A DNA stretch of 64,000 bases from Ignavibacteriota bacterium (GCA_963776275.1 CAVZMI010000006.1:32001-96000), one strand, 5' to 3'. Shown: positions 10,223 to 21,097, numbered from the stretch's first letter. Made by a program: numbers and translations. The notes: generated from the sequence alone by a model not told the origin.

Positions 10223-13200
10223 TTACACGCGTTGAATCCCAATTTCACATTCTTCGCCGTTGACATCCCACGATGCGGAATATTCACCCGGTGCATACGC
10301 GGTGGAAAGTATTTCAGCCAGTGTTTCTGATTTTATATACGCCCCCATCTCTTCTATTGCCACCTGAAGAGACGACGTGGTGTGATAGTAAATGATGATA
10401 CGTTCGGTGACATCAAATCCTGCATCTTTTCGCATCGTCTGGATTTTATTTACAAATTCGCGGGCGTTTCCTTCGCGTATTAACTCTTCATTCAGTTCTG
10501 TATCAAGCGCCACTGTCACTTCATTATCGGATTCCACGACCCATCCTTTAATCTCTTCATGCAGAATATCGAAATCTTCCCGGTCAATTACAACTCTCTG
10601 GCCGTTAACATCGAATTCTTCCTGTCCTTTCCGTTCAATGTTGTTGATTTCCCTGGCTGTAAATTCTTTCACCCGTGCTGCAATTTGTTGAACATGCTTC
10701 CCGTGCTTCGGTCCAAGAACCTTGAAATTCGGTTTTGCACGTTTTTTAATTACACCGCCTTCATCGGTAACATATTCGATGGTTTTTACATTAATTTCTT
10801 CAAGAATAACATCCTCCATGCTTTGAATCCTCGACCGATCCTGGTCACCGGCTACCGGCACGATAATTCTGCGCAGCGGCTGACGCACCTTGAGGTTCGA
10901 TTTGCTGCGAATCGAACGTACAAGATATACAATTCTCTGAGCACGATCCATTCTGTGTTCCAACTCGCTATCAATCGCCGCTGCATTACACTCGGGAAGT
11001 AACGATAGGTGAACCGAATCGTACGGTTCTTTCCCTGTTACCGAATTGAGATTTCGATAAATTTCTTCGGCCAGAAAGGGTGCAAACGGAGCCATGAGCT
11101 TGGTCACGGTTGTCAGACATTCGTAGAGCGTCTGATATGCCGCGTTTTTATCTTTGCCCTGCTCGCTTTTCCAAAACCGTCGCCGGTTACGTCGGACATA
11201 CCAGTTCGAAAGCTGATCTATAGTGAAATCGGACACAAGCCGTGCTGCACGCGTCGGGTCATAACTGTCCATATACTCGGTATATTTCTGCACCATTGTA
11301 TTCATAACCGAGAGTATCCACCGATCGATCTCGGCACGTTCGGCCGGCGTGATTCGTTCTTCCTTAAATTGCCATAAGTCGACGTTTGCATAGAGAGCAA
11401 AGAACGAATAAGTATTGATAAGTGTACCAAAAAACTTACGCTGGACTTCGGTAAGCAACTCGACATCGAAAAGTTTCGGCCTCCATGGAACACTGTTTGT
11501 CACGAGGAACCAACGGACCGTGTCCGCACCGTATGTCGCAATTGTCTCCAACGGATCGACAGCGTTTCCCCGAGACTTCGACATCTTCTGCCCATCCTTA
11601 TCAAGAATCAATTCGTTCACCATCACATTGCTGTAGGCCGGCTTCCCGAAAATGAATGTTCCGATCGCATGCAGAGTATAGAACCAACCGCGTGTCTGAT
11701 CGATTCCTTCGCATATAAAATCGGCCGGATAATTTTCTTCAAAATAATCGCTGTTCTCGAAAGGGTAATGGTACTGTGCAAATGGCATCGCCCCGGAATC
11801 GAACCAGCAATCGATCACTTCCGGAACACGCCGGTACACCGTTCCATTCTTCATGAAAATGATGCGATCCACAAAAGGCTTGTGTAAATCAAGACCTTTA
11901 CCCCCGACGGGCGATCGATTCCCTTTTTCGTCTTCCACCATTCCCTTAAACAACTCATCTACCGAACCGACACAGAACATGTCGCTTCCATCCTCGGCGA
12001 TCCAGATCGGAAGAGGAGTACCCCAATACCGGTCACGTGACAGTGCCCAATCTTTGTTCTCATCCAGCCAGTTGCCAAAACGTCCGGTGCCAACTTCGGG
12101 TGGTATCCAGTTAATCTCATTATTCAACGACTTCATCCGTTCGGCGTATTTTGTCGTTGTGATGTACCACGATGTTCTTGCGTAGTAGAGCAAGGGCGAT
12201 TTACATCGCCAACAATGCGGATAACTGTGGACGATGGTCTCTTTCTTATATAAAAGATGCCGGGACTTCAAATTCTGGATAATCATCGGATCGGCGTCCT
12301 TAACAAACTGACCGGCAAAATCTGTGATCTCCTGCGTAAATGCACCGCTCTTATCCACGGGATTGACTGTAGGAAGATCGTACTCACGTCCTACCTGATA
12401 ATCGTCTTCACCGAAAGCAGGTGCAATATGGACAATCCCCGAACCGTCTGTCGTCGTCACAAAATCAGCTTCAATGACATAGAAGCCCTTACGATCAACC
12501 GGAACATAATCGAACAACCGCTCATACTCTTTTCCGGCAAGTGCCGATCCCTTATAACGGTCGATGATTTTAAATTCACCGTCAAGCGCCGAAAGCCGCT
12601 CTTCGGCCAGAATCAGTTCCTCTCCTTTATGAGAGATTTTTACATAATCGATATTGGGATGGACGGCAAGAGCGACGTTTGAAATGAGAGTCCATGGTGT
12701 TGTCGTCCATACAAGGATCGAGGCATCCTCATTCTTCAATTTCATTTTAACATAGACCGAAGGATCCTTGACATCTTCGTATCCCTGTGATACTTCATGA
12801 GAAGACAGCGGGGTTTCGCATCGTGGACAGTACGGCTGGATTTTAAAGCCCTTCGTAATCATTCCTTCGTCAAAAAATCGTTTGATCGCCCACCAGACCG
12901 ACTCGATATACTCATTTTTATATGTGACATAGGCGTCTTTAAGATCAACCCAGTAACCCATCCGCTCGGTCATTATTTCCCAATCCCTGGTATACTCGAA
13001 GACCGATGCCCGGCAATCATCGTTAAATTTTTCTACGCCGTATGCTTCGATTTGTTCTTTGTGTTTGAACCCGTGTTCTTTTTCAACTTCAATCTCTACA
13101 GGAAGTCCATGCGTATCCCATCCAGCTTTGCGATGGACCTGATACCCGCGCATTGTCTTGTAACGACACACAAGGTCTTTGAGCGTTCGGGCCATTACGT

Positions 13201-13372
13201 GATGGATGCCCGGTTTCCCGTTGGCAGTCGGGGGGCCTTCATAGAACGTAAATCCCGGTTTGCCATCGCGTTCTATCAGGCTCCGGTGGAAAATATCATG
13301 TGCATTCCAGAACGACAGGATCTGTTGTTCGATATCAGGATATGAAATTTTATCGGTAAGTTCTTTGAACAT
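10223..13372 (-). CDS. ileS: Isoleucyl-tRNA synthetase (type 2)
   Basis: FYEGPPTANGKPGIHH, GWDTHGLPVE, WTTTPWTL, EGIDQTRGWF, KMSKS. Confidence 0.97.
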   Translation of the reverse strand: MFKELTDKISYPDIEQQILSFWNAHDIFHRSLIERDGKPGFTFYEGPPTANGKPGIHHVMARTLKDLVCRYKTMRGYQVHRKAGWDTHGLPVEIEVEKEHGFKHKEQIEAYGVEKFNDDCRASVFEYTRDWEIMTERMGYWVDLKDAYVTYKNEYIESVWWAIKRFFDEGMITKGFKIQPYCPRCETPLSSHEVSQGYEDVKDPSVYVKMKLKNEDASILVWTTTPWTLISNVALAVHPNIDYVKISHKGEELILAEERLSALDGEFKIIDRYKGSALAGKEYERLFDYVPVDRKGFYVIEADFVTTTDGSGIVHIAPAFGEDDYQVGREYDLPTVNPVDKSGAFTQEITDFAGQFVKDADPMIIQNLKSRHLLYKKETIVHSYPHCWRCKSPLLYYARTSWYITTTKYAERMKSLNNEINWIPPEVGTGRFGNWLDENKDWALSRDRYWGTPLPIWIAEDGSDMFCVGSVDELFKGMVEDEKGNRSPVGGKGLDLHKPFVDRIIFMKNGTVYRRVPEVIDCWFDSGAMPFAQYHYPFENSDYFEENYPADFICEGIDQTRGWFYTLHAIGTFIFGKPAYSNVMVNELILDKDGQKMSKSRGNAVDPLETIATYGADTVRWFLVTNSVPWRPKLFDVELLTEVQRKFFGTLINTYSFFALYANVDLWQFKEERITPAERAEIDRWILSVMNTMVQKYTEYMDSYDPTRAARLVSDFTIDQLSNWYVRRNRRRFWKSEQGKDKNAAYQTLYECLTTVTKLMAPFAPFLAEEIYRNLNSVTGKEPYDSVHLSLLPECNAAAIDSELEHRMDRAQRIVYLVRSIRSKSNLKVRQPLRRIIVPVAGDQDRSRIQSMEDVILEEINVKTIEYVTDEGGVIKKRAKPNFKVLGPKHGKHVQQIAARVKEFTAREINNIERKGQEEFDVNGQRVVIDREDFDILHEEIKGWVVESDNEVTVALDTELNEELIREGNAREFVNKIQTMRKDAGFDVTERIIIYYHTTSSLQVAIEEMGAYIKSETLAEILSTAYAPGEYSASWDVNGEECEIGIQRV

Positions 13373-13399
13373 GCTTCAGCAAATAATGATAGATAATGA

Positions 13400-14248
13400 T
13401 CACGCAATCTCAAGCGATCGCACAATTTCTTTCATAAGCTTTGTCAGTTTCGGTTCGGCTTTTGTCGCAACAACGATAATTTCTTCAAGCGATGCCGGCT
13501 TGAGAGAATCCGGAAAACATTCGTCGGTAATGACTGAAATTCCCAGAATATCCATTCCCATGTGGACAGCGACGATGCTTTCCGGTACCGTGGACATGCC
13601 GACAACATCAGCTCCTGTCCAACGCAGGAAACGGTATTCGGCCCGGGTCTCGAGATTCGGACCCTTCACCGAGATAAGAACTCCTTTTTGAACAGGAATT
13701 TTATTATCAAGTGCAAGCTGTTCGGTCAGCGCTATCAATTTCTTGCTGTACGGTTCAGACATATCGGGAAACCGCGGACCGAGTGAATCATCATTCTCTC
13801 CGATCAGCGGATTATCTCCGGTAAAATTAATATGATCTGTGATGATCATCAGATCGCCTGCTCGAAAAAGCGGATTCAATCCCCCGGAGGCATTCGACAT
13901 CAGGAGCGTTTTGACTCCTAATCCGGCTTTCTGAGACATCACACGGACAGGGAAAGTGATCTGCTGCATAGTGTAGCCCTCATAATAATGAAAGCGCCCC
14001 TGCATTACAACGACTTTTTTCCCTGCCAACGTTCCGAAGATCAGCTTTCCCTGGTGAGTCTCAACCGTTGCTATCGGAAAGTGCGGAATGTTTCCATATT
14101 CCAATACCGTTTCTATTTCGATTTCCTTGATCAGACCTCCCAATCCTGTCCCGAGAATAATACCGATAGCTGGCTGCATCGATGTATTGGATCGAATATA
14201 GGTTAGTGTCTCGTTGATCTGCTGCCGCAGCGGCGGTATGGTAGTCAT
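13400..14248 (-). CDS. punA: Purine nucleoside phosphorylase (trimeric type)
   Basis: [45 protein letters not shown]. Confidence 0.93.
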   Translation of the reverse strand: MTTIPPLRQQINETLTYIRSNTSMQPAIGIILGTGLGGLIKEIEIETVLEYGNIPHFPIATVETHQGKLIFGTLAGKKVVVMQGRFHYYEGYTMQQITFPVRVMSQKAGLGVKTLLMSNASGGLNPLFRAGDLMIITDHINFTGDNPLIGENDDSLGPRFPDMSEPYSKKLIALTEQLALDNKIPVQKGVLISVKGPNLETRAEYRFLRWTGADVVGMSTVPESIVAVHMGMDILGISVITDECFPDSLKPASLEEIIVVATKAEPKLTKLMKEIVRSLEIA

Positions 14249-14278
14249 TGCTGTTTCCTTTTAAAAACCCTCGATAGC

Positions 14279-14815
14279 CTATGTATCAAGCGTTCTGACA
14301 ATCTCGTCAATATCGAAGTTCGCTTTCCCGGTTCCTTTCGACATTGAGCGCTGTAGTTGCTCGTCATCATCAAGTTCAAGAGCTTTGAGAAGGTCGACTT
14401 CACTATGGAGAAGTACTTTCAGCCGGCTGAGCATTGCTTCCTTTTTGGCCTTCAGAGTCGAGACTTCTTCTTTCACTTTTGACAGATCGACCCTGGCCCG
14501 ATCGACAATCTGATTTGCCTTCAGCTCCGCTTCCTGAACGATGAGTTGAGCTTCTTTCCGTGAATTCTCAAGTGATTTTTCGGCTGTTTCCTGTGCCTGA
14601 GTGAGCGTCTGGCGCAATGTCGTTTCAAGCTGCTTATAGTCCTTCATCTGGGTATCAAGTTCCAGGACCTTATCCTTCAGCTCCTTGTTGTGTTTCAGCA
14701 GGTCTTCAAATTCTTTTGAGACCATGTCGAGAAACGTTTCCACCTCGATAGGATCGAACCCCCGCATCCCCTTCTTGAATTCCTGCTTTTTAATGTCAAT
14801 CGGTGTCAGTTTCAT
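14279..14815 (-). CDS. DivIVA-domain coiled-coil protein
   Basis: MKLTPIDIKKQEFKKGMRGFDPIEVETFL DivIVA signature followed by a coiled coil. Confidence 0.9.
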   Translation of the reverse strand: MKLTPIDIKKQEFKKGMRGFDPIEVETFLDMVSKEFEDLLKHNKELKDKVLELDTQMKDYKQLETTLRQTLTQAQETAEKSLENSRKEAQLIVQEAELKANQIVDRARVDLSKVKEEVSTLKAKKEAMLSRLKVLLHSEVDLLKALELDDDEQLQRSMSKGTGKANFDIDEIVRTLDT

Positions 14816-14863
14816 ACTTATTCTCCTTACAGGTCGCAGACCACAATGTACTGTAGCCTACGG

Positions 14864-15547
14864 TTATCGTTGACCGAAGATTGCCGTTCCAATACGAAGC
14901 AATGTCGCCCCCTCTTCAATTGCTACTTCAAAATCATTCGTCATACCCATCGAGAGATGGCGAAGATGAACACCGGGGAACCGCCGTATCTCTATCTTCT
15001 CTTTCAGCTGTCGTAATTGGCGAAAACAAGGACGTGCCGTTTCGGGATCAGGAAGAAACGGACCGATGGTCATCAATCCAGTTATGTGAACATGATACAA
15101 TGACGAAATTTGCTCGACCAGAGTAAAAACCCCATCGGGAGTAACTCCAGTTTTTGTCGCTTCGTCTGTTGTATGTACTTCGATAAGGATATCGACATGC
15201 CGGTTTCGCTTTATTGCCTGTTGCTCTATCTCTTCAGCAAGGTGAAAACTATCGACTGAGTGGATAAGAGAGACAGAATCGATAAGGGTCTTCACCTTAT
15301 TAGTTTGAAGATGCCCTATAAAATGCCAGCGAATATCGGCAGGGGTAATTTTTTCCTGTTTCTGTCGTAATTCCTTAACGTAGTTCTCGCCAAAATCCCG
15401 TTGTCCGGCGTTGTATGCTTCGAGGATCTTGTCGATCTCAACCGTTTTGGTAACAGCAATGATGTCAATCTCTTCCGGGTTTCGCCCCACCCGGTTACAA
15501 ACGGAACGTATCTGCGAGCGAATATTTCTTAGGTTTTCCGCTATCAT
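14864..15547 (-). CDS. yggS: PLP homeostasis protein YggS/PROSC
   Basis: [55 protein letters not shown]. Confidence 0.95.
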   Translation of the reverse strand: MIAENLRNIRSQIRSVCNRVGRNPEEIDIIAVTKTVEIDKILEAYNAGQRDFGENYVKELRQKQEKITPADIRWHFIGHLQTNKVKTLIDSVSLIHSVDSFHLAEEIEQQAIKRNRHVDILIEVHTTDEATKTGVTPDGVFTLVEQISSLYHVHITGLMTIGPFLPDPETARPCFRQLRQLKEKIEIRRFPGVHLRHLSMGMTNDFEVAIEEGATLLRIGTAIFGQR

Positions 15548-15658
15548 TTTCTATCGTAATTTATAAATATAACCGAAACACCCCGCAAAAGCAATTTTCC
15601 TGGCGTAAATAAAAATATGCTTGCTTTTTTCTATCGAGAATGATACTTTGACCCTACT

Positions 15659-17077
15659 ATGAACCTGTACGATTTCGAAAATTACGAGGATGATGAAGAA
15701 GCAACTCGTCGAGAGAAGCGGATGGATGAGGAGATTAAGAAATTCGAGGAATTGCTGAAGAACGGGAATATTGGCATCACCAATATCGACGCTCTAGAAG
15801 AAATTATTACCTTTTTCTTCGAGCACGACAGGTTCGAGGAAGCGCTCCATTTCATCAACGCCCTTCTCGAAATCACATCATATAGTGCCGATGCCTGGCT
15901 GAAAAAGGGGATGGCGTTGAACAACCTGCAGCGATATCCTGAAGCCCTGGAATGTTATGACCGGGCGATTTTACTCAATCCGATCGACCCTGATATTCAT
16001 CTGAATCGAGGTATTACCCTCGATAATCTTAATAGAATTGATGAGGCAATGCAGGCCTTTAACGAGGCAATCCGGATCGATCCAAATAACGAAGAAGCTC
16101 TTTTTAATAAGGCTATCACGCTCGAGAAGCTGGAACGTTATACTGAAGCCGAGAAGATATTCCGCTATATCGTCGAAAACTCTCCAGACCATCACGATGC
16201 CTGGTATGAGTTGGGATATTGTTATGATTACCTCGACCGGCTAGATGATTCACTTAAATGCTATGAGGAACACCTCAATCGCGATCCATATAACTACAAC
16301 GGATGGTATAATAAGGGAATTGTGCTAAACAGGCTTGGACAGTACAGTAAGGCTATAGAGAGCTATAATATCGCTCTGGCAATAAAAGAAGACTTACCGG
16401 CTGCTTGGTATAATAAAGGAAATGCTTTTGCCAACATGGGACGCCTTTATGAGGCCATCCAGTGCTATAAGGAGACAATTATACTGGAGGAACAGGATGT
16501 TCCGGCATGGCATAATATGGGAAATGCCTACGAAGAGCTGGGAGACTATCACGAGGCCATCCGCTGTTTTACACAGGCAATCAAAGAAGATGAAAAGCAC
16601 TACGAGTCGTATTTTGGGAGAGGGAGCTGCTATGATTGCCTCGAAGAATACCAAAAAGCTTTAGCCGATTATACAAAAGCTCTCTCGATCCACCATGATT
16701 ATCAGGAACTCTGGTATGCGAAAGCTGACGTGGAATATAATCTGGGGATGTTGAAAGAGTCGCTGGCCAGCTACAGAATGGTCATCCGCATTGATTCGTC
16801 GAATCTTGAGGCGTGGTTTGATTACGGCGATACGCTTGCCGAATGCGGGGATTTCGTCGAATCGCTTGAGGCGTTGAATACCGTCATTCAGCGGAATGAT
16901 CGGTGGGCTGCCCCGTATTACTGTCGGGCAAAAGTATATTTTGCTCTCCAACGACCACAGGATGCCCTTGAATCCCTCAGAATATGTTTCCGGCTTGATC
17001 CCTCAAAGAAACGGTCATTCGAGGATGAATTCCCGGGGGCATTACTCCTTCCGGAATTTGCCGAGTTCAGAAACTAG
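15659..17077 (+). CDS. Multi-TPR protein
   Basis: About 11 tandem 34-aa TPR units (W..KG..L..L..Y.EA..CY..A). Confidence 0.9.
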   Translation: MNLYDFENYEDDEEATRREKRMDEEIKKFEELLKNGNIGITNIDALEEIITFFFEHDRFEEALHFINALLEITSYSADAWLKKGMALNNLQRYPEALECYDRAILLNPIDPDIHLNRGITLDNLNRIDEAMQAFNEAIRIDPNNEEALFNKAITLEKLERYTEAEKIFRYIVENSPDHHDAWYELGYCYDYLDRLDDSLKCYEEHLNRDPYNYNGWYNKGIVLNRLGQYSKAIESYNIALAIKEDLPAAWYNKGNAFANMGRLYEAIQCYKETIILEEQDVPAWHNMGNAYEELGDYHEAIRCFTQAIKEDEKHYESYFGRGSCYDCLEEYQKALADYTKALSIHHDYQELWYAKADVEYNLGMLKESLASYRMVIRIDSSNLEAWFDYGDTLAECGDFVESLEALNTVIQRNDRWAAPYYCRAKVYFALQRPQDALESLRICFRLDPSKKRSFEDEFPGALLLPEFAEFRN

Positions 17078-17201
17078 TGTCGAACGTCTCGATTCAAAAA
17101 TAACTTGAATAAGTCGGAGCGCCATATAATGCTATTCCATCCGATTCCCGTTAGTTTTAATCCTATAAATTCTTCAAGTTATTTTTGGTACTCGACACTA
17201 G
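17074..17201. mobile_element. MITE-like element with terminal inverted repeats and CTAG at both ends
   Basis: CTAGTGTCGA...AAAAATAACTTGAA at left versus TTCAAGTTATTTTT..TCGACACTAG at right; no coding capacity. Confidence 0.65.
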
Positions 17202-17346
17202 CTTCACAGATTCCACGATGAAATCATGATCCAGAATCGGCCGTCCAAGCCTTATCAACATGATGTAAGATTTATGTTTTAAAAATCTTAGGTCGAGACA
17301 TCGAGTCCTCAAAAAACAACGATATATAAACGAAACAGCATCAATA

Positions 17347-18225
17347 ATGGTAATACAACCTTCTTCAACAACACGGGTTGTCGGGATATTCGGTCATCCG
17401 ATTTCCCACACCTACTCCCCTCTGATTCACAACAGCGCGTTCAGCGAGCTCGGGTTGGATTTCCTTTATCTTCCATTTGACGTTCATCCGCAGAACCTGA
17501 AGTCTGCGCTGCGTGGACTCACTGCCCTGGGTATTGTCGGGGTCAATATCACAATTCCTCATAAAGAGAATGTCATTCCACTTCTCGATGATGTTGTCAA
17601 CGAAGCCCGTGCAATTGGCGCGGTCAATACTATTGTCAATGACGGAGAAAAACTTCGTGGATATAATACCGATATCATCGGCGTCTTCGAAACACTCCGC
17701 CCGTATGCGGAAGAGATAGAAGGACGTGAAGTGGCAATCATCGGTTCCGGTGGTGGTGCGCGTGCTGTCATGTATGTACTGGTGCATCAGCTTAAACCTC
17801 GATACATCCATATTGTTCACCCGGATATTGAATACGCAATCACTCTTCGAAAATTTTTCCTAGACAATTTCGGATTCAAGAATATCGCGGCGGTCGACCT
17901 CTATATGCCGGCAACAGTCTCAAAGTTTAACGGTTCGGCACTCATAGTAAACGCTACACCGGTCGGAATGTTCCCAAAAATTGATGAGTCACTTCTCGAA
18001 ATACCCGAGGCGTTTCACTCACAGCAAATTGTATTCGACTTGATATATAATCCAATAAAAACAAAATTTCTCCGTTTCGCTGAATCGAAGGGAGCCCGCG
18101 TGATCGGAGGACTTGACATGCTTTTACATCAGGCTGCAAAGTCGTTCGAACTCTGGACGTTGCAACCCATGCCGCTCGAAAAAGTCCGATCAGTGCTCCA
18201 TAATGCCATAGCGAATGCGGAATAA
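17347..18225 (+). CDS. aroE: Shikimate dehydrogenase
   Basis: GHPISHTYSP, NITIPHKE, GAVNT, NTD, GSGGGARA, NATPVGM, DLIYNP, GLDMLLHQA. Confidence 0.95.
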   Translation: MVIQPSSTTRVVGIFGHPISHTYSPLIHNSAFSELGLDFLYLPFDVHPQNLKSALRGLTALGIVGVNITIPHKENVIPLLDDVVNEARAIGAVNTIVNDGEKLRGYNTDIIGVFETLRPYAEEIEGREVAIIGSGGGARAVMYVLVHQLKPRYIHIVHPDIEYAITLRKFFLDNFGFKNIAAVDLYMPATVSKFNGSALIVNATPVGMFPKIDESLLEIPEAFHSQQIVFDLIYNPIKTKFLRFAESKGARVIGGLDMLLHQAAKSFELWTLQPMPLEKVRSVLHNAIANAE

Positions 18226-18243
18226 AGGGATGGATAGTGGCGT

Positions 18244-19089
18244 ATGGAACTGGAACCTACACTTCATGAAAAATACACAAATCTGCAATCTCTTCTACAG
18301 CGTCTGGGAAGCATTGTTATCGGGTTTTCGGGTGGAGTCGACAGCACCCTCCTACTGAAAGTCGCTGTCGATGTCCTTGGGACAAAGGCTCTTGCCGTAA
18401 TCGGAAAATCCGAGATATATCCAACGCGTGAATTCGAAGAAGCTCTTCAACTTGCAGACAGGATCGGCGCACGGAAAATCGTCGTTCAAACGGGAGAAAC
18501 CGATCAAATAAAATTTCAGGAGAATCCGCCTGATAGATGTTACTTTTGCAAATCCGAGCTCTACTCGAAGCTCCATGAAATCGCGCAGCAGGAAGGCATT
18601 CCCTGGATTGCCGATGGAACAATCGTCGACGATATCGACGACTTCAGGCCGGGAATGAAAGCACAGAAAGAACAGGATGTCGTATCACCACTCCTCGAAG
18701 CCGGCATGACTAAACAGGATGTACGCGTTCTTTCACAACACCTGGATCTACCGACATGGAACAAGCAGTCGTTCGCATGCCTTTCATCCCGTTTCCCGTA
18801 CGGAACAGCAATTTCAAAAGAGAATCTGAATAAAGTCGACGGTGCCGAGATGGTGCTGCACGATCTTGGATTTATATCATATCGCGTCCGCTTCCACGAT
18901 GAACGAACAGCCCGCATTGAAATCGGACAATCAGAATTTCAGCGCTTCCTCGATCCATCATGCCGCAGCACGATTGTTTCAGAATTCAAGAAGCTGGGAT
19001 TCCTATACATAACGCTTGATCTTCAGGGATATCGGACAGGATCGATGAATGAGGTGCTTTCAATAGCTGAGAAAGAACGGTATCTGTAG
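18244..19089 (+). CDS. larE: ATP-dependent sacrificial sulfur transferase LarE
   Basis: PP-loop SGGVDS, NPPDRCYFCK, DFRPG, ACLSSRFPYG, LDLQGYRTGSMN. Confidence 0.9.
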   Translation: MELEPTLHEKYTNLQSLLQRLGSIVIGFSGGVDSTLLLKVAVDVLGTKALAVIGKSEIYPTREFEEALQLADRIGARKIVVQTGETDQIKFQENPPDRCYFCKSELYSKLHEIAQQEGIPWIADGTIVDDIDDFRPGMKAQKEQDVVSPLLEAGMTKQDVRVLSQHLDLPTWNKQSFACLSSRFPYGTAISKENLNKVDGAEMVLHDLGFISYRVRFHDERTARIEIGQSEFQRFLDPSCRSTIVSEFKKLGFLYITLDLQGYRTGSMNEVLSIAEKERYL

Positions 19090-19107
19090 GTGATTACTTT
19101 TTCAAGG

Positions 19108-19400
19108 TTCCCCCCTAATGGGGTTCGAGAGTCCCGGAGGGACGGGATCTGGGTAGAAAATGCAAAACAAAAATCCATCGAGCTCCGTTAGGAGCGGAAT
19201 CTTGAAATATATGTCATGCATAAAAAGATGTCACCCCTGATGGGGTTCATAATTTGTTTGATGTGCGAATAATACCAAGATAACACCCCTAACGGGGTTT
19301 GAAGTCTCGGAAGGACGGAATCTTGGTAGAAAAAGCAAAACAAAATTTATCGGGCTCCGTTAGGTCAATGTGCACTCCGAGGGAGTCGGAGTGAGCGGGA
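19108..19400. repeat. Cluster of REP-like palindromes, partly a tandem duplication
   Basis: CCCCTAATGGGG / CCCCTGATGGGG / CCCCTAACGGGG hairpins; two copies of GTAGAAAA.GCAAAACAAAA...G.GCTCCGTTAGG; same GCTCC-n-GGAGC hairpin family as at 2361. Confidence 0.7.
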
Positions 19401-19479
19401 TATAAAAATTAATATTCCACCCGATTACTCTGAGAAAAAAATTAAAAGCCTGGATGCCGAGTTAAACAGCTTCATCTTT

Positions 19480-19521
19480 TGCCATATCTAAGCCAAGGGC
19501 TTATGAGCCTCTGGCTCAGAG
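19480..19521. repeat. 42-bp dispersed palindromic repeat, copy 1
   Basis: TGCCATATCTAAGCCAAGGGCTTATGAGCCTCTGGCTCAGAG; 41 of 42 bases identical to 26274-26315. Confidence 0.85.
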
Positions 19522-19606
19522 ATAATCGGATAGATACAGTCGGATTATAAAATCGCAATACGCTTAATGTAAATGATAAAAATCGAGAAATCCGTTGGAG
19601 GCATCG

Positions 19607-21097
19607 GTGGCCCAGCGTTTCCCGAAATCGTTTTACAACACCATCACGCTTGTCGGAGTCGGACTTGCCCTTCTGAGTCTCGGAACTATCGCCATCATGT
19701 TTTTGATGGATGTTTTCGGAATATTCAAATCTCCATATATCGGTATATACACATATCTGGTTCTTCCATTTTTCCTTGTGATCGGATTGATCCTTATTCC
19801 AATCGGAATCACTCGCCAGCGACGACAACTCAAGAAACGCTTTTTAGAGGAACGCAAATCATTAATTATTGATCTAAACATCCCGGCTCATCGGTCGGCG
19901 GTAATGTTCGGTATCGTGGGATTTATTCTTTTCATGTTTCTCAGCGCGGGCGGTAGTTACGAAGCCTACAATTATACTGAATCTGTCGAATTCTGCGGGA
20001 AAGTCTGCCACAGCGTGATGCGTCCGGAATACACGGCATACCAGCATTCGCCCCATGCCAGGGTCACATGTGTGCAGTGCCATATCGGTGAAGGGGCTGA
20101 CTGGTTCGTCCGGTCAAAAATTACCGGCTCATACCAGGTTTACGCAACTCTCGTTAACGTCTTCCCACGACCTATTCCAACGCCAATCAGAAACCTCCGC
20201 CCTGCACGTGAAACTTGCGAGCAATGCCATTGGCCTCAGAAGTTTCATGGTAACAAGGAAATGGTAAAGACATATTTCCCATTCGATCAGACAATTCCGG
20301 TCTCCAAAATCATCATGCAGATTAAAACCGGCGGCGGAATGAGCGAACTGGGTCCTACCGAAGGTATCCACTGGTATATGAATACCGCTTATACTGTCAG
20401 CTATACCACTACCGATGAAAAGAGACAGGTCATACCATGGATTAAGGCTGTGAGTCTTGATGGAAAGACAAAAATTTTCAAATCAATCGATGCTGATGTA
20501 AGCGACACGGCATTGGCTAAAGGCGAGTACCGGAAATTCGACTGCCTCGACTGCCATAACCGTCCTTCACATATTTACTATCCGCCCTTCCGGTCTTTAA
20601 ACGATGCGATGTCGTTGAATAAAATCGATACAACGCTTCCGGGCATTCGCACCATTGCATCGGACGCGCTTATCAGACCTTATTCAACATGGATTAACGC
20701 GCTGGATTCTATCAAACTTATCATTGAAAACGCATATAGAGAGAAATCGCCTGAAATTGTAGCAAGTAAGGCAAAAGAACTCGAAAATTCTGCACACGAA
20801 GTACAGGCAATCTACTTAAGGAATTTCTTCCCTGAAATGAAAGTGAACTGGAAAGCGTACCCCAACAATATCGGGCACCTGTACGACCAGGGCTGCTTCC
20901 GTTGTCATGATAACAAGCATATATCGGACGACGGTGCAGTACTTACAAATAATTGTCAGTCATGCCACATTATCGTCTCTCAGGGACCGCTGAAAAAACT
21001 CGATTCATCTCTATCTGGATTACAATTTAAACATCCCGCAGATATCGGGGATGCATGGAAAGAGATGCGATGCAGCGAATGCCATACAGGAGAATAG
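19607..21097 (+). CDS. Inner-membrane heptaheme cytochrome c with NapC/NirT domain (ImcH-like)
   Basis: Three N-terminal TM helices; heme motifs CGKVCH, CVQCH, CEQCH, CLDCH, CFRCH, CQSCH, CSECH; PRPIPTP..LRPARETCEQCHWP. GTG at 19607 follows GGAGG (ORF track starts at 19595). Confidence 0.85.
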   Translation: MAQRFPKSFYNTITLVGVGLALLSLGTIAIMFLMDVFGIFKSPYIGIYTYLVLPFFLVIGLILIPIGITRQRRQLKKRFLEERKSLIIDLNIPAHRSAVMFGIVGFILFMFLSAGGSYEAYNYTESVEFCGKVCHSVMRPEYTAYQHSPHARVTCVQCHIGEGADWFVRSKITGSYQVYATLVNVFPRPIPTPIRNLRPARETCEQCHWPQKFHGNKEMVKTYFPFDQTIPVSKIIMQIKTGGGMSELGPTEGIHWYMNTAYTVSYTTTDEKRQVIPWIKAVSLDGKTKIFKSIDADVSDTALAKGEYRKFDCLDCHNRPSHIYYPPFRSLNDAMSLNKIDTTLPGIRTIASDALIRPYSTWINALDSIKLIIENAYREKSPEIVASKAKELENSAHEVQAIYLRNFFPEMKVNWKAYPNNIGHLYDQGCFRCHDNKHISDDGAVLTNNCQSCHIIVSQGPLKKLDSSLSGLQFKHPADIGDAWKEMRCSECHTGE

